This document shows positions 8,284-16,280 of a DNA stretch of 51,514 bases, piece after piece (the first letter of the stretch is position 1; each line of letters begins with the position of its first letter). The DNA comes from Nitrospirota bacterium (GTDB lineage Bacteria > Nitrospirota > Thermodesulfovibrionia > Thermodesulfovibrionales > JdFR-86). The notes beneath the pieces are model-generated. The model had not been told where the DNA came from. It saw only the letters and a program-made list of their open reading frames with translations, and made no database searches. A program made the translations under genes and the position numbers. Location: assembly GCA_037385265.1 (NCBI GenBank), contig JARRNG010000020.1, forward strand, positions 1-51,514, given 5' to 3'.

Positions 8284-8619
8284 ATGCCTAGGCCGAGAAA
8301 GGACCGCATATGCGGATGCGAGTTTGCCGGTCGCGCCTTTAAGCCAACGGGAAAGCCCATGCCGGAACTCGAAAAGGTCACGCTCTACCGCGACGAGCTC
8401 GAGGCCCTAAGGCTCTGCGACAGCATGGGGCTGACGCAGAGCGAGGCCGGCACGAGGATGGGGGTCTCGAGGGGGACCGTCCAGAGGATACTCGCAAGCG
8501 CGAGAAAGAAGTCCGCGACGGCGCTCGCCAAGTGCATGGCAATCTTGCTCGAGGAGCCCCCGGGCTGTGCGGAGACGCGTCGCCGGGATCGGGCTAATGA
8601 AAAGAAAGGGAGGATTTGA
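8284..8619 (+). CDS. DUF134 (UPF0251) family putative DNA-binding protein
   Basis: Family-typical start MPRPRKDR. HTH-like segment GLTQSEAGTRMGVSRGTVQRILASARKK. Confidence 0.85.
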   Translation: MPRPRKDRICGCEFAGRAFKPTGKPMPELEKVTLYRDELEALRLCDSMGLTQSEAGTRMGVSRGTVQRILASARKKSATALAKCMAILLEEPPGCAETRRRDRANEKKGRI

Positions 8620-8620
8620 A

Positions 8621-9001
8621 ATGAGAGTATGCTTTCCAATCAGAGAGAACGTGGGGCTTAACAGCCAGGTCTACGGGCACTTCGGCTCCGCCCCGGCTTT
8701 CTTGGTCGTGGAGTCGGATACAGGAGGCATAGTGTCCCTGAATAACATGGACGCGAACCACGAACATGGCCAGTGCAGCCCAGTAAAGGCCCTTGGCTGG
8801 CAGGAGGTGGACTGCGTGGTCACGGGCGGAATAGGAGTGGGAGCACTCCTTAAGCTGATGTCTAACGGCATAGACGTCTACAGGGCGGGGGGCCCCACCG
8901 TAGGGGAAAACCTCGAGCTCATGCGGGCCGAAGGCCTCGAGAAGTTCAGGCCCGGGGAGGTCTGCTCAGGGCACGGACAAAAGGAAGGGTGTTCCCACTA
9001 A
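8621..9001 (+). CDS. NifB/NifX-family (dinitrogenase FeMo-cofactor-binding-like) small protein
   Basis: MRVCFPI...VYGHFGSAPAFLVVE...VVTGGIGVGA pattern. I chose the ATG at 8621 (AAAGGGAGG Shine-Dalgarno), 1 nt after the DUF134 stop. The track ORF starts at 8567. Confidence 0.8.
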   Translation: MRVCFPIRENVGLNSQVYGHFGSAPAFLVVESDTGGIVSLNNMDANHEHGQCSPVKALGWQEVDCVVTGGIGVGALLKLMSNGIDVYRAGGPTVGENLELMRAEGLEKFRPGEVCSGHGQKEGCSH

Positions 9002-9024
9002 GCGGGAAAGAAAGGAGAATTTGA

Positions 9025-9399
9025 ATGGCTGACAAGAAGTTCGTTTTCATCCTTACGTCCTCGTACGACAGGCCGGAGGTCGCCGCCGGGGCCATGCAGC
9101 TCGCCTCTAACATGCGCGCCTTCGACACCGAGGTGGACTTCTTCCTCATGGACAACGCCGCCCTCCTGGCCAAGAAGGGTTTCGCCGAGACCATAGTCTG
9201 GCAAAAAGAGGGTCAGTTCTCGCCCATACACGAGCTGATGAAGACGCTCGTCGAGGACTTCGGAGTCAAGTTCTACATCTGCGCCTCCTGCGTGAAGCAT
9301 AACGGTCTGGACAAAGCCGAGCTGATAGAGAACTCCGAGATAAAGCCGGGGTCCTTTCTCGGCGAGATGCTCCTCGAGAGGCAGGGCCTTACTTTCTGA
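9025..9399 (+). CDS. DsrE/DsrF-like sulfur-relay family protein
   Basis: 124 aa. FVFILTSSYDRPEVAAGAMQLA, FFLMDNAALLA and FYICASCV follow the DsrE-fold pattern. AAAGGAG Shine-Dalgarno. Confidence 0.75.
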   Translation: MADKKFVFILTSSYDRPEVAAGAMQLASNMRAFDTEVDFFLMDNAALLAKKGFAETIVWQKEGQFSPIHELMKTLVEDFGVKFYICASCVKHNGLDKAELIENSEIKPGSFLGEMLLERQGLTF

Positions 9400-9552
9400 G
9401 CCTTGGGCTGTTCGGCCAAGACAGTTTTATCTGACTTCGGACGCTGGCTCCTTCTCGACCCGCGAGATGTCATTGGTGATTCGCCACTGGCGCTGGAACC
9501 GCCGCGCGTAAGCGACCTTGCTCGTATCCGGCTGCAGGTTCTCCGGCGCGAA

Positions 9553-11733
9553 TCAGCGGTTGAGGTTCCAGTCGTAGTGCAGGTATTCGATTTCCAGGTC
9601 TACGGCACGGCTGTTTATGAATTCGCGGGCACTGTCGTCGGCGAGGAAATCGTATATGAAGTCTATTATCCCCTTCCTGCCTCCGAAGTCCTTTTCGTAC
9701 CACCTGAAGATCTCGGAGATGAGAATCTTGCCGTCCTCGGGCAACACCAGCACCTCGGAGGAGTTAACGAAGCTCCGGGCGGCCTCCTCGAGCTGCTCGT
9801 CGATGCGTTCCGGCTCGTAGTAGTTGATGGGGGCGCAGGAGCGCGAGCCGCAGACCAGGGCGAAGTGCACACGAGGGTCCACCGGGGATATGCTCAAGGG
9901 TAGCCTTGGGTCGGCGGGCCCGAACTGGCGGAAGGGGTGGAACCACGGCCGGGAGTTGGCCCTGAGTATCCCATGCTCCATGTCGTCCGGCGAAAACCTG
10001 TAGGGACCTATCACATACTTCACCTTGCTGAAAAACTCGGGGACCTCCTTGACGGACCGCGACATTCTCAGCGATGCTATGGCGTCCACTACGATGGTGT
10101 TGTAGAGGTTGACCCATAACGATATCTTCTCGCGGCGGCCCACGAGCGACAGGGGGTCGAATTCCCTCAGCCCGTTGGCCAAGGCGCGATAGCTCCGGTA
10201 TTCCTCGGAGTCCCTCAGAGCCTCGTAGTCCACACGCCCGCGCTTGGTGTCGTAGAACTCATCGCGCAGGGCCTGGATGCTCCCCATCAGGCGCTCGCCC
10301 AGCTCCTCGGTGGCAACATCCGGCATTTCGTCCCCCCCGTTTAGGATGTGTTCCCCCGCCGCTACGCCTCTGGCGAAGTCGGCCAGTTTCCTGCCCAGGG
10401 ATTTCCTCTCGGCTTCGTAGAAGTCGTCGACCAAATCTATGAATAGGGCCGCAGTCCAGCTGAAGTCGTCGCTACCGTAGCCGGTGCCGTCGAAGGAATC
10501 GAAGTACTCATGGAAGCCGAACCGGATAGGGAGCTGAAGGAGGTCCTTCTGTAGAGAGTCGGCCTTGAGGATATAGTCGTAGCGCCGGAGTCCGTGGGCC
10601 AGCATCCAGTTGATGTTTATCCACACAGGCCCCCGCCAGTAGTTCGAGGGGTCGAACCCCTTTTTTTGAGTGTCGTAGTTGGGCACGGTGAAACAGTTCC
10701 CCTGGTGAAGGGCGCAGAAGGATTTCGAATTGAGCCTCTCGTAGAGCTTCTCGGCCTGACCCCTCGATGCGGCCCCGGCGAAAAGGGGCAGGAAACCTGC
10801 CGCCGTGTCCACCTCTATGAGAGAGCCGTCTGCGAGGTCGTAGGCGTCGAATATCTCGTGTTCGCCGTGCCAGAGCTTGCCCTGTATCGCCCGGGCGGTA
10901 TTCTCGTACCACTTCTGCGGCCTCTCCGGGGTCTCCCCCGCCATCTCGGCGAGCTTTGCGAGGGACTCGTTGGCGCGGCAGAGCACGGAGTTGAAAAGAG
11001 GGTCCTGGATGAGAAAGGGGCACTCGCCGCGTATTTTGTCCTCGTCGTAGTCGTTCCGGCGGAAAAGGTCCACTAGGTAGACGTAGCGGTCGTAGTCCTC
11101 GTCGCTTGGGCGCATGGCGGGATCGACGTAATTGAGGTCCTTTCTCTCGTAGGGAGGGAGCTTTTCCTTGTCGATGGCTATCCTCTTGAGCGGCCCGTCC
11201 CACGTGGGCGAATTGTCTATACCTGATTCCCAGGGGTGGCGGATGTAGACCAGGCCTTCCCCGCCGGGGTCCCTCTCCCTGTAGAGGTAGTCGTGGAGGG
11301 CAAGGAGTTTCGGGTAGATCCTTTCGAGGAATCCGATGAACTCGCGCTTCCCGCCGAGGATTTCGTAAATCTTCTCGACAGCCACGGCGTGGATTGGAGG
11401 CATGGTGATGCCGGAGGTCAGCGCACCCTCGGGCGCGTTCGGAGACCTTTCGGACTGCCAGAAGTCGGGCTCTGGAAAGTAGTGCCCCAGGCGGTCGGGG
11501 TCGAAGACTATCTGGGGCAGCATGCCGTTTTTCCACTGGGCTGCGAAAAGGGTCTCCATCTCCTTCATTGCCCTGGCGGGGTCGAAATGCGCCGTGCCGA
11601 TGGCGATGAAGCCCGAGTCCCAGTTCCACTGGTGCGGATAGAGTTTTGGGGAGGGCTTGGTGGAGGAGCCGGTCCAGTTTTCGTCGAGTATCCGTTTAGC
11701 TTTCTCGACGTAGTCGGCGAATATTCGCGACAA
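9553..11733 (-). CDS. GH63-like glucosylglycerate/mannosylglycerate-hydrolase-type glycosidase fused to a C-terminal DUF547 domain
   Basis: N-terminal ~480 aa begins ENWTGSSTKPSPKLYPHQWNWDSGFIAIG, matching my recollection of MGH/GgH-type GH63 enzymes. C-terminal ~240 aa (LWVNLYNTIVVDAI ... HFALVCGSRSCAP ... FRWY) resembles DUF547. Confidence 0.7.
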   Translation of the reverse strand: MSRIFADYVEKAKRILDENWTGSSTKPSPKLYPHQWNWDSGFIAIGTAHFDPARAMKEMETLFAAQWKNGMLPQIVFDPDRLGHYFPEPDFWQSERSPNAPEGALTSGITMPPIHAVAVEKIYEILGGKREFIGFLERIYPKLLALHDYLYRERDPGGEGLVYIRHPWESGIDNSPTWDGPLKRIAIDKEKLPPYERKDLNYVDPAMRPSDEDYDRYVYLVDLFRRNDYDEDKIRGECPFLIQDPLFNSVLCRANESLAKLAEMAGETPERPQKWYENTARAIQGKLWHGEHEIFDAYDLADGSLIEVDTAAGFLPLFAGAASRGQAEKLYERLNSKSFCALHQGNCFTVPNYDTQKKGFDPSNYWRGPVWININWMLAHGLRRYDYILKADSLQKDLLQLPIRFGFHEYFDSFDGTGYGSDDFSWTAALFIDLVDDFYEAERKSLGRKLADFARGVAAGEHILNGGDEMPDVATEELGERLMGSIQALRDEFYDTKRGRVDYEALRDSEEYRSYRALANGLREFDPLSLVGRREKISLWVNLYNTIVVDAIASLRMSRSVKEVPEFFSKVKYVIGPYRFSPDDMEHGILRANSRPWFHPFRQFGPADPRLPLSISPVDPRVHFALVCGSRSCAPINYYEPERIDEQLEEAARSFVNSSEVLVLPEDGKILISEIFRWYEKDFGGRKGIIDFIYDFLADDSAREFINSRAVDLEIEYLHYDWNLNR

Positions 11734-11744
11734 TCCCTATCCTC

Positions 11745-12560
11745 CTATCCCCCATGACTGAATCCCGGGAAGAGTGTCATGCCGCCGTCAACGAAGAGCG
11801 AGGTGCCCGTCACGTAGTCCGACTCGTCCGAGGCCAGCCAGACGGCGGCCGCGGCGATGTCCTCCGTCTCCCCGACCCTCCTGTAAGGGATAAGCTCAAG
11901 GAGTTTGGCCTCCGCCTCCGGCGTCTCCCAGGCCGATCTGTTGATGGGGGTCTTGATGGCCCCGGGAGCGATGCTGTTGACGCGTATCTTGCGCGGCGCA
12001 ACCTCCTGGGCGACGCTTTTCATCAGAAGCATTATGCCGCCCTTCGACGCGGCGTAGTTGGCGTGTCCGGCCCAGGGTATGACCTCGTGAACGGAGCTGA
12101 CGAAGATTATCTTCCCGGCCGAGAGGGAGCGGCTCGGGTCAGCCCCGCGCCTGATGAACTCGCGGGCGGCTTCGCGGGCGCAGAGGAAGGCGCCGGTGAG
12201 ATTAACTCCTATCACCTTCCGCCACTGTTCGATGGTCATCTCCTCAAAGGGCGAGTCCTCCTGGAGCCCGGCGTTGCACACGGCTATGTCGACCGTTCCG
12301 AACTCCTCTACGGCGGCTTTGAACATAGCCTTTACTTCATCCTCGTCGCTGACGTCGGCGCCGACCGCTATAGTCTCTCCGCCGTTTTTCCTGATATTGG
12401 CGACTATCCTTTTGGCGGCCTCGGCTTCGGACCTGTAATTGACCGCCACCGCCACGCCCTGGGCGGCCAGCGCCCTGGCGATGGCCTCGCCAATGCCCGA
12501 GCTCGCTCCTGTTACCACCGCCGCCTGGCCTCTCAGGGGTCTTCTCTCAAGGTTGTCCAT
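11745..12560 (-). CDS. SDR-family oxidoreductase (glucose 1-dehydrogenase-like)
   Basis: TGASSGIG cofactor loop, NAG, and the catalytic YAASK motif. 271 aa. AAGGAGG Shine-Dalgarno. Confidence 0.88.
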   Translation of the reverse strand: MDNLERRPLRGQAAVVTGASSGIGEAIARALAAQGVAVAVNYRSEAEAAKRIVANIRKNGGETIAVGADVSDEDEVKAMFKAAVEEFGTVDIAVCNAGLQEDSPFEEMTIEQWRKVIGVNLTGAFLCAREAAREFIRRGADPSRSLSAGKIIFVSSVHEVIPWAGHANYAASKGGIMLLMKSVAQEVAPRKIRVNSIAPGAIKTPINRSAWETPEAEAKLLELIPYRRVGETEDIAAAAVWLASDESDYVTGTSLFVDGGMTLFPGFSHGG

Positions 12561-12648
12561 GGGCCACCTTTCGCCTCCTTGTTAAGTTTTTAATCTTTTT
12601 AAGAATTATATAGGATTTTCCATCTTTCGCAACCTCAGGGCGGAGCTA

Positions 12649-12677
12649 TTTACAGACTGCGGGGCGTGTGCTAATAT
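12649..12677 (+). promoter_or_regulatory. putative sigma-70 promoter of hsp20
   Basis: TTTACA (12649-12654), 17-nt spacer, TAATAT (12672-12677). About 50-nt leader with a TAGGAGGG Shine-Dalgarno. Confidence 0.4.
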
Positions 12678-12729
12678 CCGGTCTATGAGGGCCGTAATTT
12701 ATTGAAACCGAATCCATAGGAGGGTTGCC

Positions 12730-13245
12730 ATGGCAGAGAAAAAGGCAGTGGAGAAGAAGAAGGCGACAGGGAAAGAGCGCGGAGAAGTAGCCGTTCACAG
12801 ACCGCCTCGGCTGCCGATGATGTTTGACGAGCTTGACCGCATGTTCAACCGTTTCTTAGGCAGGCCCTTCGGGCTCATGCGCTGGCCCAGGCCGATGTGG
12901 CCGGAGGAGATTGGAGCCGGCTTCCCTTCGGTCGACATCTTCGAAGACAAGGACAAAATCGTTGTCAAGGCCGAAATACCGGGCGTCAACAAGGGGGACC
13001 TCGATGTGAACGTGACCGAGGACGCCATCGTCATAAGCGGCGAGAAGAAGAAAGAGGAGAAGGTCGAGGAGAAGGACTACTACAGGTATGAGCGCTCCTA
13101 CGGCTCTTTCCACAGGTCGCTTCCGTTGCCCGCGGAGGTCCAGAGCGACAAGGCCAAGGCCAAGTTCAAGGATGGGGTTCTCGAGATAACGGTTCCCAAG
13201 ACGTCGGAGGCCAAGAAGAAGGAAGTTAAAGTCAAGGTGGAATAG
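12730..13245 (+). CDS. Hsp20/alpha-crystallin family small heat-shock protein
   Basis: Alpha-crystallin domain VDIFEDKDKIVVKAEIPGV ... FHRSLPLP ... GVLEITVPK. Confidence 0.92.
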   Translation: MAEKKAVEKKKATGKERGEVAVHRPPRLPMMFDELDRMFNRFLGRPFGLMRWPRPMWPEEIGAGFPSVDIFEDKDKIVVKAEIPGVNKGDLDVNVTEDAIVISGEKKKEEKVEEKDYYRYERSYGSFHRSLPLPAEVQSDKAKAKFKDGVLEITVPKTSEAKKKEVKVKVE

Positions 13246-13270
13246 CTTTAATTGTTCCCGACGATTGAAG

Positions 13271-13287
13271 GCGGCCCTTAGGGCCGC
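13271..13287 (+). terminator. GC-rich hairpin after hsp20
   Basis: GCGGCCC-TTA-GGGCCGC. No U-tract follows. It sits where the dxr 5' end should be. Confidence 0.4.
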
Positions 13288-13316
13288 TATCCAGATACCC
13301 CGACCGTTTCAGGGTT

Positions 13317-14387
13317 GTGGGCCTTACGGCTCACCGGAACACGGAGCTTCTATCCAGGCAGATAGAGGATTTCGGACCCGAGGTAGTGGCCGTTTCCGAT
13401 TCCGCTCCCCGGGAGGCTCTTGGGGCGAAGAATTCGAAAACTAGAGTCCTCCAGGGTGAGGACGGCGTACGGGCGGTCGCGGCCTGGGAGGGCGCCGACT
13501 TCGTTCTCGCGGCCATCGTGGGCTCGGCGGGGCTGCTTCCCACCCTCGAGGCGGTGGAGGCGGGGAAGACCGTGGGCCTCGCCAACAAGGAGACCTTTGT
13601 GGCGGCCGGGGACCTAGTCATGAAGGCGGCCGAGAAGAGCGGCGCGAGGATACTGCCCGTGGACAGCGAGCACAGCGCCGTATTCCAGTGCCTGGAGGGC
13701 CAGGACAGGAGGGCCTTGAAGAGGATACACCTCACTGCCTCAGGCGGTCCCTTCGTGGGCAAGAGCCGCGAGGAGCTGGGAAGCGTCACACCGCAGGAGG
13801 CCCTGAACCACCCCAGCTGGTCGATGGGCAGGAAGATAAGCGTGGACTCGGCGACCCTCATGAACAAGGGCCTGGAGGTTATCGAGGCGCACCACCTCTT
13901 CGGGATGGGACCCGAGGGGATAGAGGTACTCGTGCACCCGCAGAGCATAGTCCATTCCATGGTGGAGTTCTCCGACGGTTCATGCATCGCCCAGCTCTCC
14001 GTGCCGGACATGCGCGGGGCCATCGCCTACGCCCTTTCATATCCGGAGAGGCTAGAGGGGGTCATCGAGCCTCTCGACCTGCCTGGCCTGGGCAGGCTCA
14101 CGTTTGAGAGGCCGGACTTCGAGCGATTTCCATGCCTGTCCTATGCCTATGAGGCCCTCGCGGCGGGGGGCACGATGCCGGCGGTCCTCAATGCGGCGAA
14201 CGAGGTCGCCGTGGAGGGCTTTCTGGCGGGGCGGGTCGGCTTCGGCGACATTCCTGTTATAATTAAGAACGTCATGAACGAACATCGCAGGGTAGACTTA
14301 GACGGCATCGAAGTGGTCCTTAAGGCGGACGCCTGGGCGCGCCGGCGCTCGGAGGCGCTTCTTGAGTCCTTCGCAGCCTCCGGATAG
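13317..14387 (+). CDS. dxr: 1-deoxy-D-xylulose-5-phosphate reductoisomerase, 5'-truncated (lacks the N-terminal GSTGSIG NADPH loop)
   Basis: LANKE, PVDSEHSAVFQ and NHPSWSMG motifs. In-frame homology (YPDRFRVVGLTAHRN) extends upstream only to ~13293. An in-frame TGA lies at 13266-13268. Confidence 0.85.
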   Translation: MGLTAHRNTELLSRQIEDFGPEVVAVSDSAPREALGAKNSKTRVLQGEDGVRAVAAWEGADFVLAAIVGSAGLLPTLEAVEAGKTVGLANKETFVAAGDLVMKAAEKSGARILPVDSEHSAVFQCLEGQDRRALKRIHLTASGGPFVGKSREELGSVTPQEALNHPSWSMGRKISVDSATLMNKGLEVIEAHHLFGMGPEGIEVLVHPQSIVHSMVEFSDGSCIAQLSVPDMRGAIAYALSYPERLEGVIEPLDLPGLGRLTFERPDFERFPCLSYAYEALAAGGTMPAVLNAANEVAVEGFLAGRVGFGDIPVIIKNVMNEHRRVDLDGIEVVLKADAWARRRSEALLESFAASG

Positions 14388-14396
14388 GCGAAACTT

Positions 14397-15803
14397 ATGC
14401 TATTTATATCGGCGATAATCCTCCTGGGGATACTTATATTCGTCCACGAGCTCGGGCATTTCCTCTTCGCAAAGCTCATGGGCGTCAAGGTCCTTAAATT
14501 TTCCATCGGCTTCGGCAGGAAGCTCGTGGGAAAGAAGCTCGGGGAGACCGAGTACCTCATAAGCGCCTTTCCCCTTGGGGGTTACGTCAAGATGTTCGGT
14601 GAGGAGAGCCGGGACGAGGACCGCGCCGAGGAAGAACTGGGCGAAGCCGTCACCGAGGAAGACCTCAAGCGCTCCTTCAGCAGGCAGCCGGTCTGGAAAA
14701 GGCTTCTGATAGTCCTCGCCGGGCCCACCTTCAACCTTGCCCTGGGAGTCGTGATATTCACCGTGATTTCCATGACCGGAATTCCCGACCTGTTGCCTTA
14801 TATCGGCGGCGTGGAGCAGGGCTCGCCGGCCCAGCGCGCGGGCATAATGATGGGCGACAAACTGCTCTCGATAAACGGCGTCCCGGTGGAGGGTTGGATA
14901 GACATCGAGTCGGCCTTGCAGAAGAACCCCTCGGAGCCCAGCGAGCTGGAGATCGAGCGCAAAGGCGGCGTAATAAAGGTGACCGTGGCGCCGGAGAAGG
15001 AGACAGTCGAGAACATATTCGGCGAAGAAGTCGGCATCTGGACCATCGGCATCGAGCCGCTTCGCTATCCCGTCATTGGAGCCGTTATGAGCGGAACTCC
15101 GGCCGACAGGGCCGGCCTCAAGAGCGGCGACCGCATCCTGGAGATAGACGGCATGAAGATCCAGATGTGGAAGGACCTGACCGCGTTAATTCATGCGAGG
15201 CCCGGGGAGCCCCTGGAGTTCAAGATCGAAAGGGACGGCGAAACCTTCACCAAGACGATAACTCCCGAGAGGAAGAAGCTCAAGGTGAGCGTGACCGAGG
15301 AAAGGGAAGTGGGCCTTATCGGCATCTCGCCCCAGGAGGCGCAGAGGTACGAGAAGTTCCCTCCCTTGAGGGCCCTTAGGAACGGCGTTGTACGCACAAT
15401 CCAGATATCCGCCCTCACCCTCGAGACGATAGTAAAGGTCGTTCAGCGGCTTATCCCCGCCCGGGAGACCCTCGGGGGGCCGATAACCATAGTCCAGATG
15501 GCTGGAGAGACGGCCGCCAGGGGGGCCATGGACTTCTTCATGTTCATGGCGGTCATCAGCATTGGCCTCGGGATAATTAACCTCTTCCCCATTCCCATTC
15601 TCGACGGAGGCCACGTGTTGTTCCTCGCCATAGAGGGCATCATCAGGAGGCCCTTGAGCGAGAGCATTACCGCCGTGGCCCAGAGGGTGGGCCTGGTAAT
15701 AATATTGACATTGATGGCGTTTGTGATATACCTGGACTTGCTGAGGGTCAAGGACGACATGTTTCGTTTCATAGGCGGCATCATAAACGCCGTCACGGGT
15801 TGA
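14397..15803 (+). CDS. rseP: RIP metalloprotease RseP (site-2 protease) with PDZ domains
   Basis: [10 protein letters not shown] zinc motif, two PDZ-like segments, and C-terminal [12 protein letters not shown]. Confidence 0.9.
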   Translation: MLFISAIILLGILIFVHELGHFLFAKLMGVKVLKFSIGFGRKLVGKKLGETEYLISAFPLGGYVKMFGEESRDEDRAEEELGEAVTEEDLKRSFSRQPVWKRLLIVLAGPTFNLALGVVIFTVISMTGIPDLLPYIGGVEQGSPAQRAGIMMGDKLLSINGVPVEGWIDIESALQKNPSEPSELEIERKGGVIKVTVAPEKETVENIFGEEVGIWTIGIEPLRYPVIGAVMSGTPADRAGLKSGDRILEIDGMKIQMWKDLTALIHARPGEPLEFKIERDGETFTKTITPERKKLKVSVTEEREVGLIGISPQEAQRYEKFPPLRALRNGVVRTIQISALTLETIVKVVQRLIPARETLGGPITIVQMAGETAARGAMDFFMFMAVISIGLGIINLFPIPILDGGHVLFLAIEGIIRRPLSESITAVAQRVGLVIILTLMAFVIYLDLLRVKDDMFRFIGGIINAVTG

Positions 15804-15807
15804 TTTC

Positions 15808-16275
15808 ATGGGTCGCATCGTCAAGGATTGGGAGGAGCTCGGGAGGGCCCTCGACGGCGAGCGCCGGAAGGGCCGCAAGCTTGTCTTTACGAACGGGTGC
15901 TTCGACCTCCTGCACGCCGGCCACGTCCGCTATCTCAGGGAGGCCAAGAAGCTCGGCGACATTCTGGTGGTGGGGCTTAATTCGGACCGTTCCGTATCGG
16001 AGATCAAGCCGGAGCGGCCCATAACGCCGGAAGATCAGAGGGCCGAGGTGGTTTCTTCGCTTGAGATGGTGGATTACGTGACCTTCTTCGACGAGGCCAC
16101 CCCGTACGAGATCATAAGAAAAATAATGCCCGACGTTCTCGTAAAGGGAGGCGACTGGAGGCCCGAGGACATCGTCGGCTCGGACATTGCCGCCCAGACT
16201 AGAAGCCTCCCCTATTACGAGGGACTCTCCACGACGGATATAATCCGGAAGATACGGAATATGAGAAAGGGCTGA
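15808..16275 (+). CDS. rfaE2: D-glycero-beta-D-manno-heptose 1-phosphate adenylyltransferase (cytidylyltransferase-like)
   Basis: [17 protein letters not shown] nucleotidyltransferase motif. 155 aa. Confidence 0.85.
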   Translation: MGRIVKDWEELGRALDGERRKGRKLVFTNGCFDLLHAGHVRYLREAKKLGDILVVGLNSDRSVSEIKPERPITPEDQRAEVVSSLEMVDYVTFFDEATPYEIIRKIMPDVLVKGGDWRPEDIVGSDIAAQTRSLPYYEGLSTTDIIRKIRNMRKG

Positions 16276-16280
16276 TTTCC

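Noticed and set aside
9397-9903. Possible TGA read-through of the DsrE-like gene into the in-frame ORF 9403-9903
   Set aside because: The DsrE-like protein is already full length for its family at 124 aa. The downstream frame is antisense to the well-supported DUF547 end of the 9553-11733 gene and has no conserved motif. I saw no hairpin in the SECIS position.
10508-11629. 373-aa minus-strand ORF in an alternative frame of the GH63-like gene, plus similar large shadow ORFs (17100-17978, 36147-37241, 42832-43869, 44135-44689, 47630-48529, 30401-31240)
   Set aside because: Their composition is extremely Arg/Pro/Gly-rich. They overlap confidently identified genes and have no motifs or Shine-Dalgarno sequences. 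I treated them as non-coding frames.
12678-12729. Possible RNA thermometer (ROSE/fourU-like) in the hsp20 leader
   Set aside because: The only pairing I could find around the Shine-Dalgarno is a 4-bp CCAT/ATGG stem. There is no U-rich anti-SD stretch, so the evidence is insufficient.
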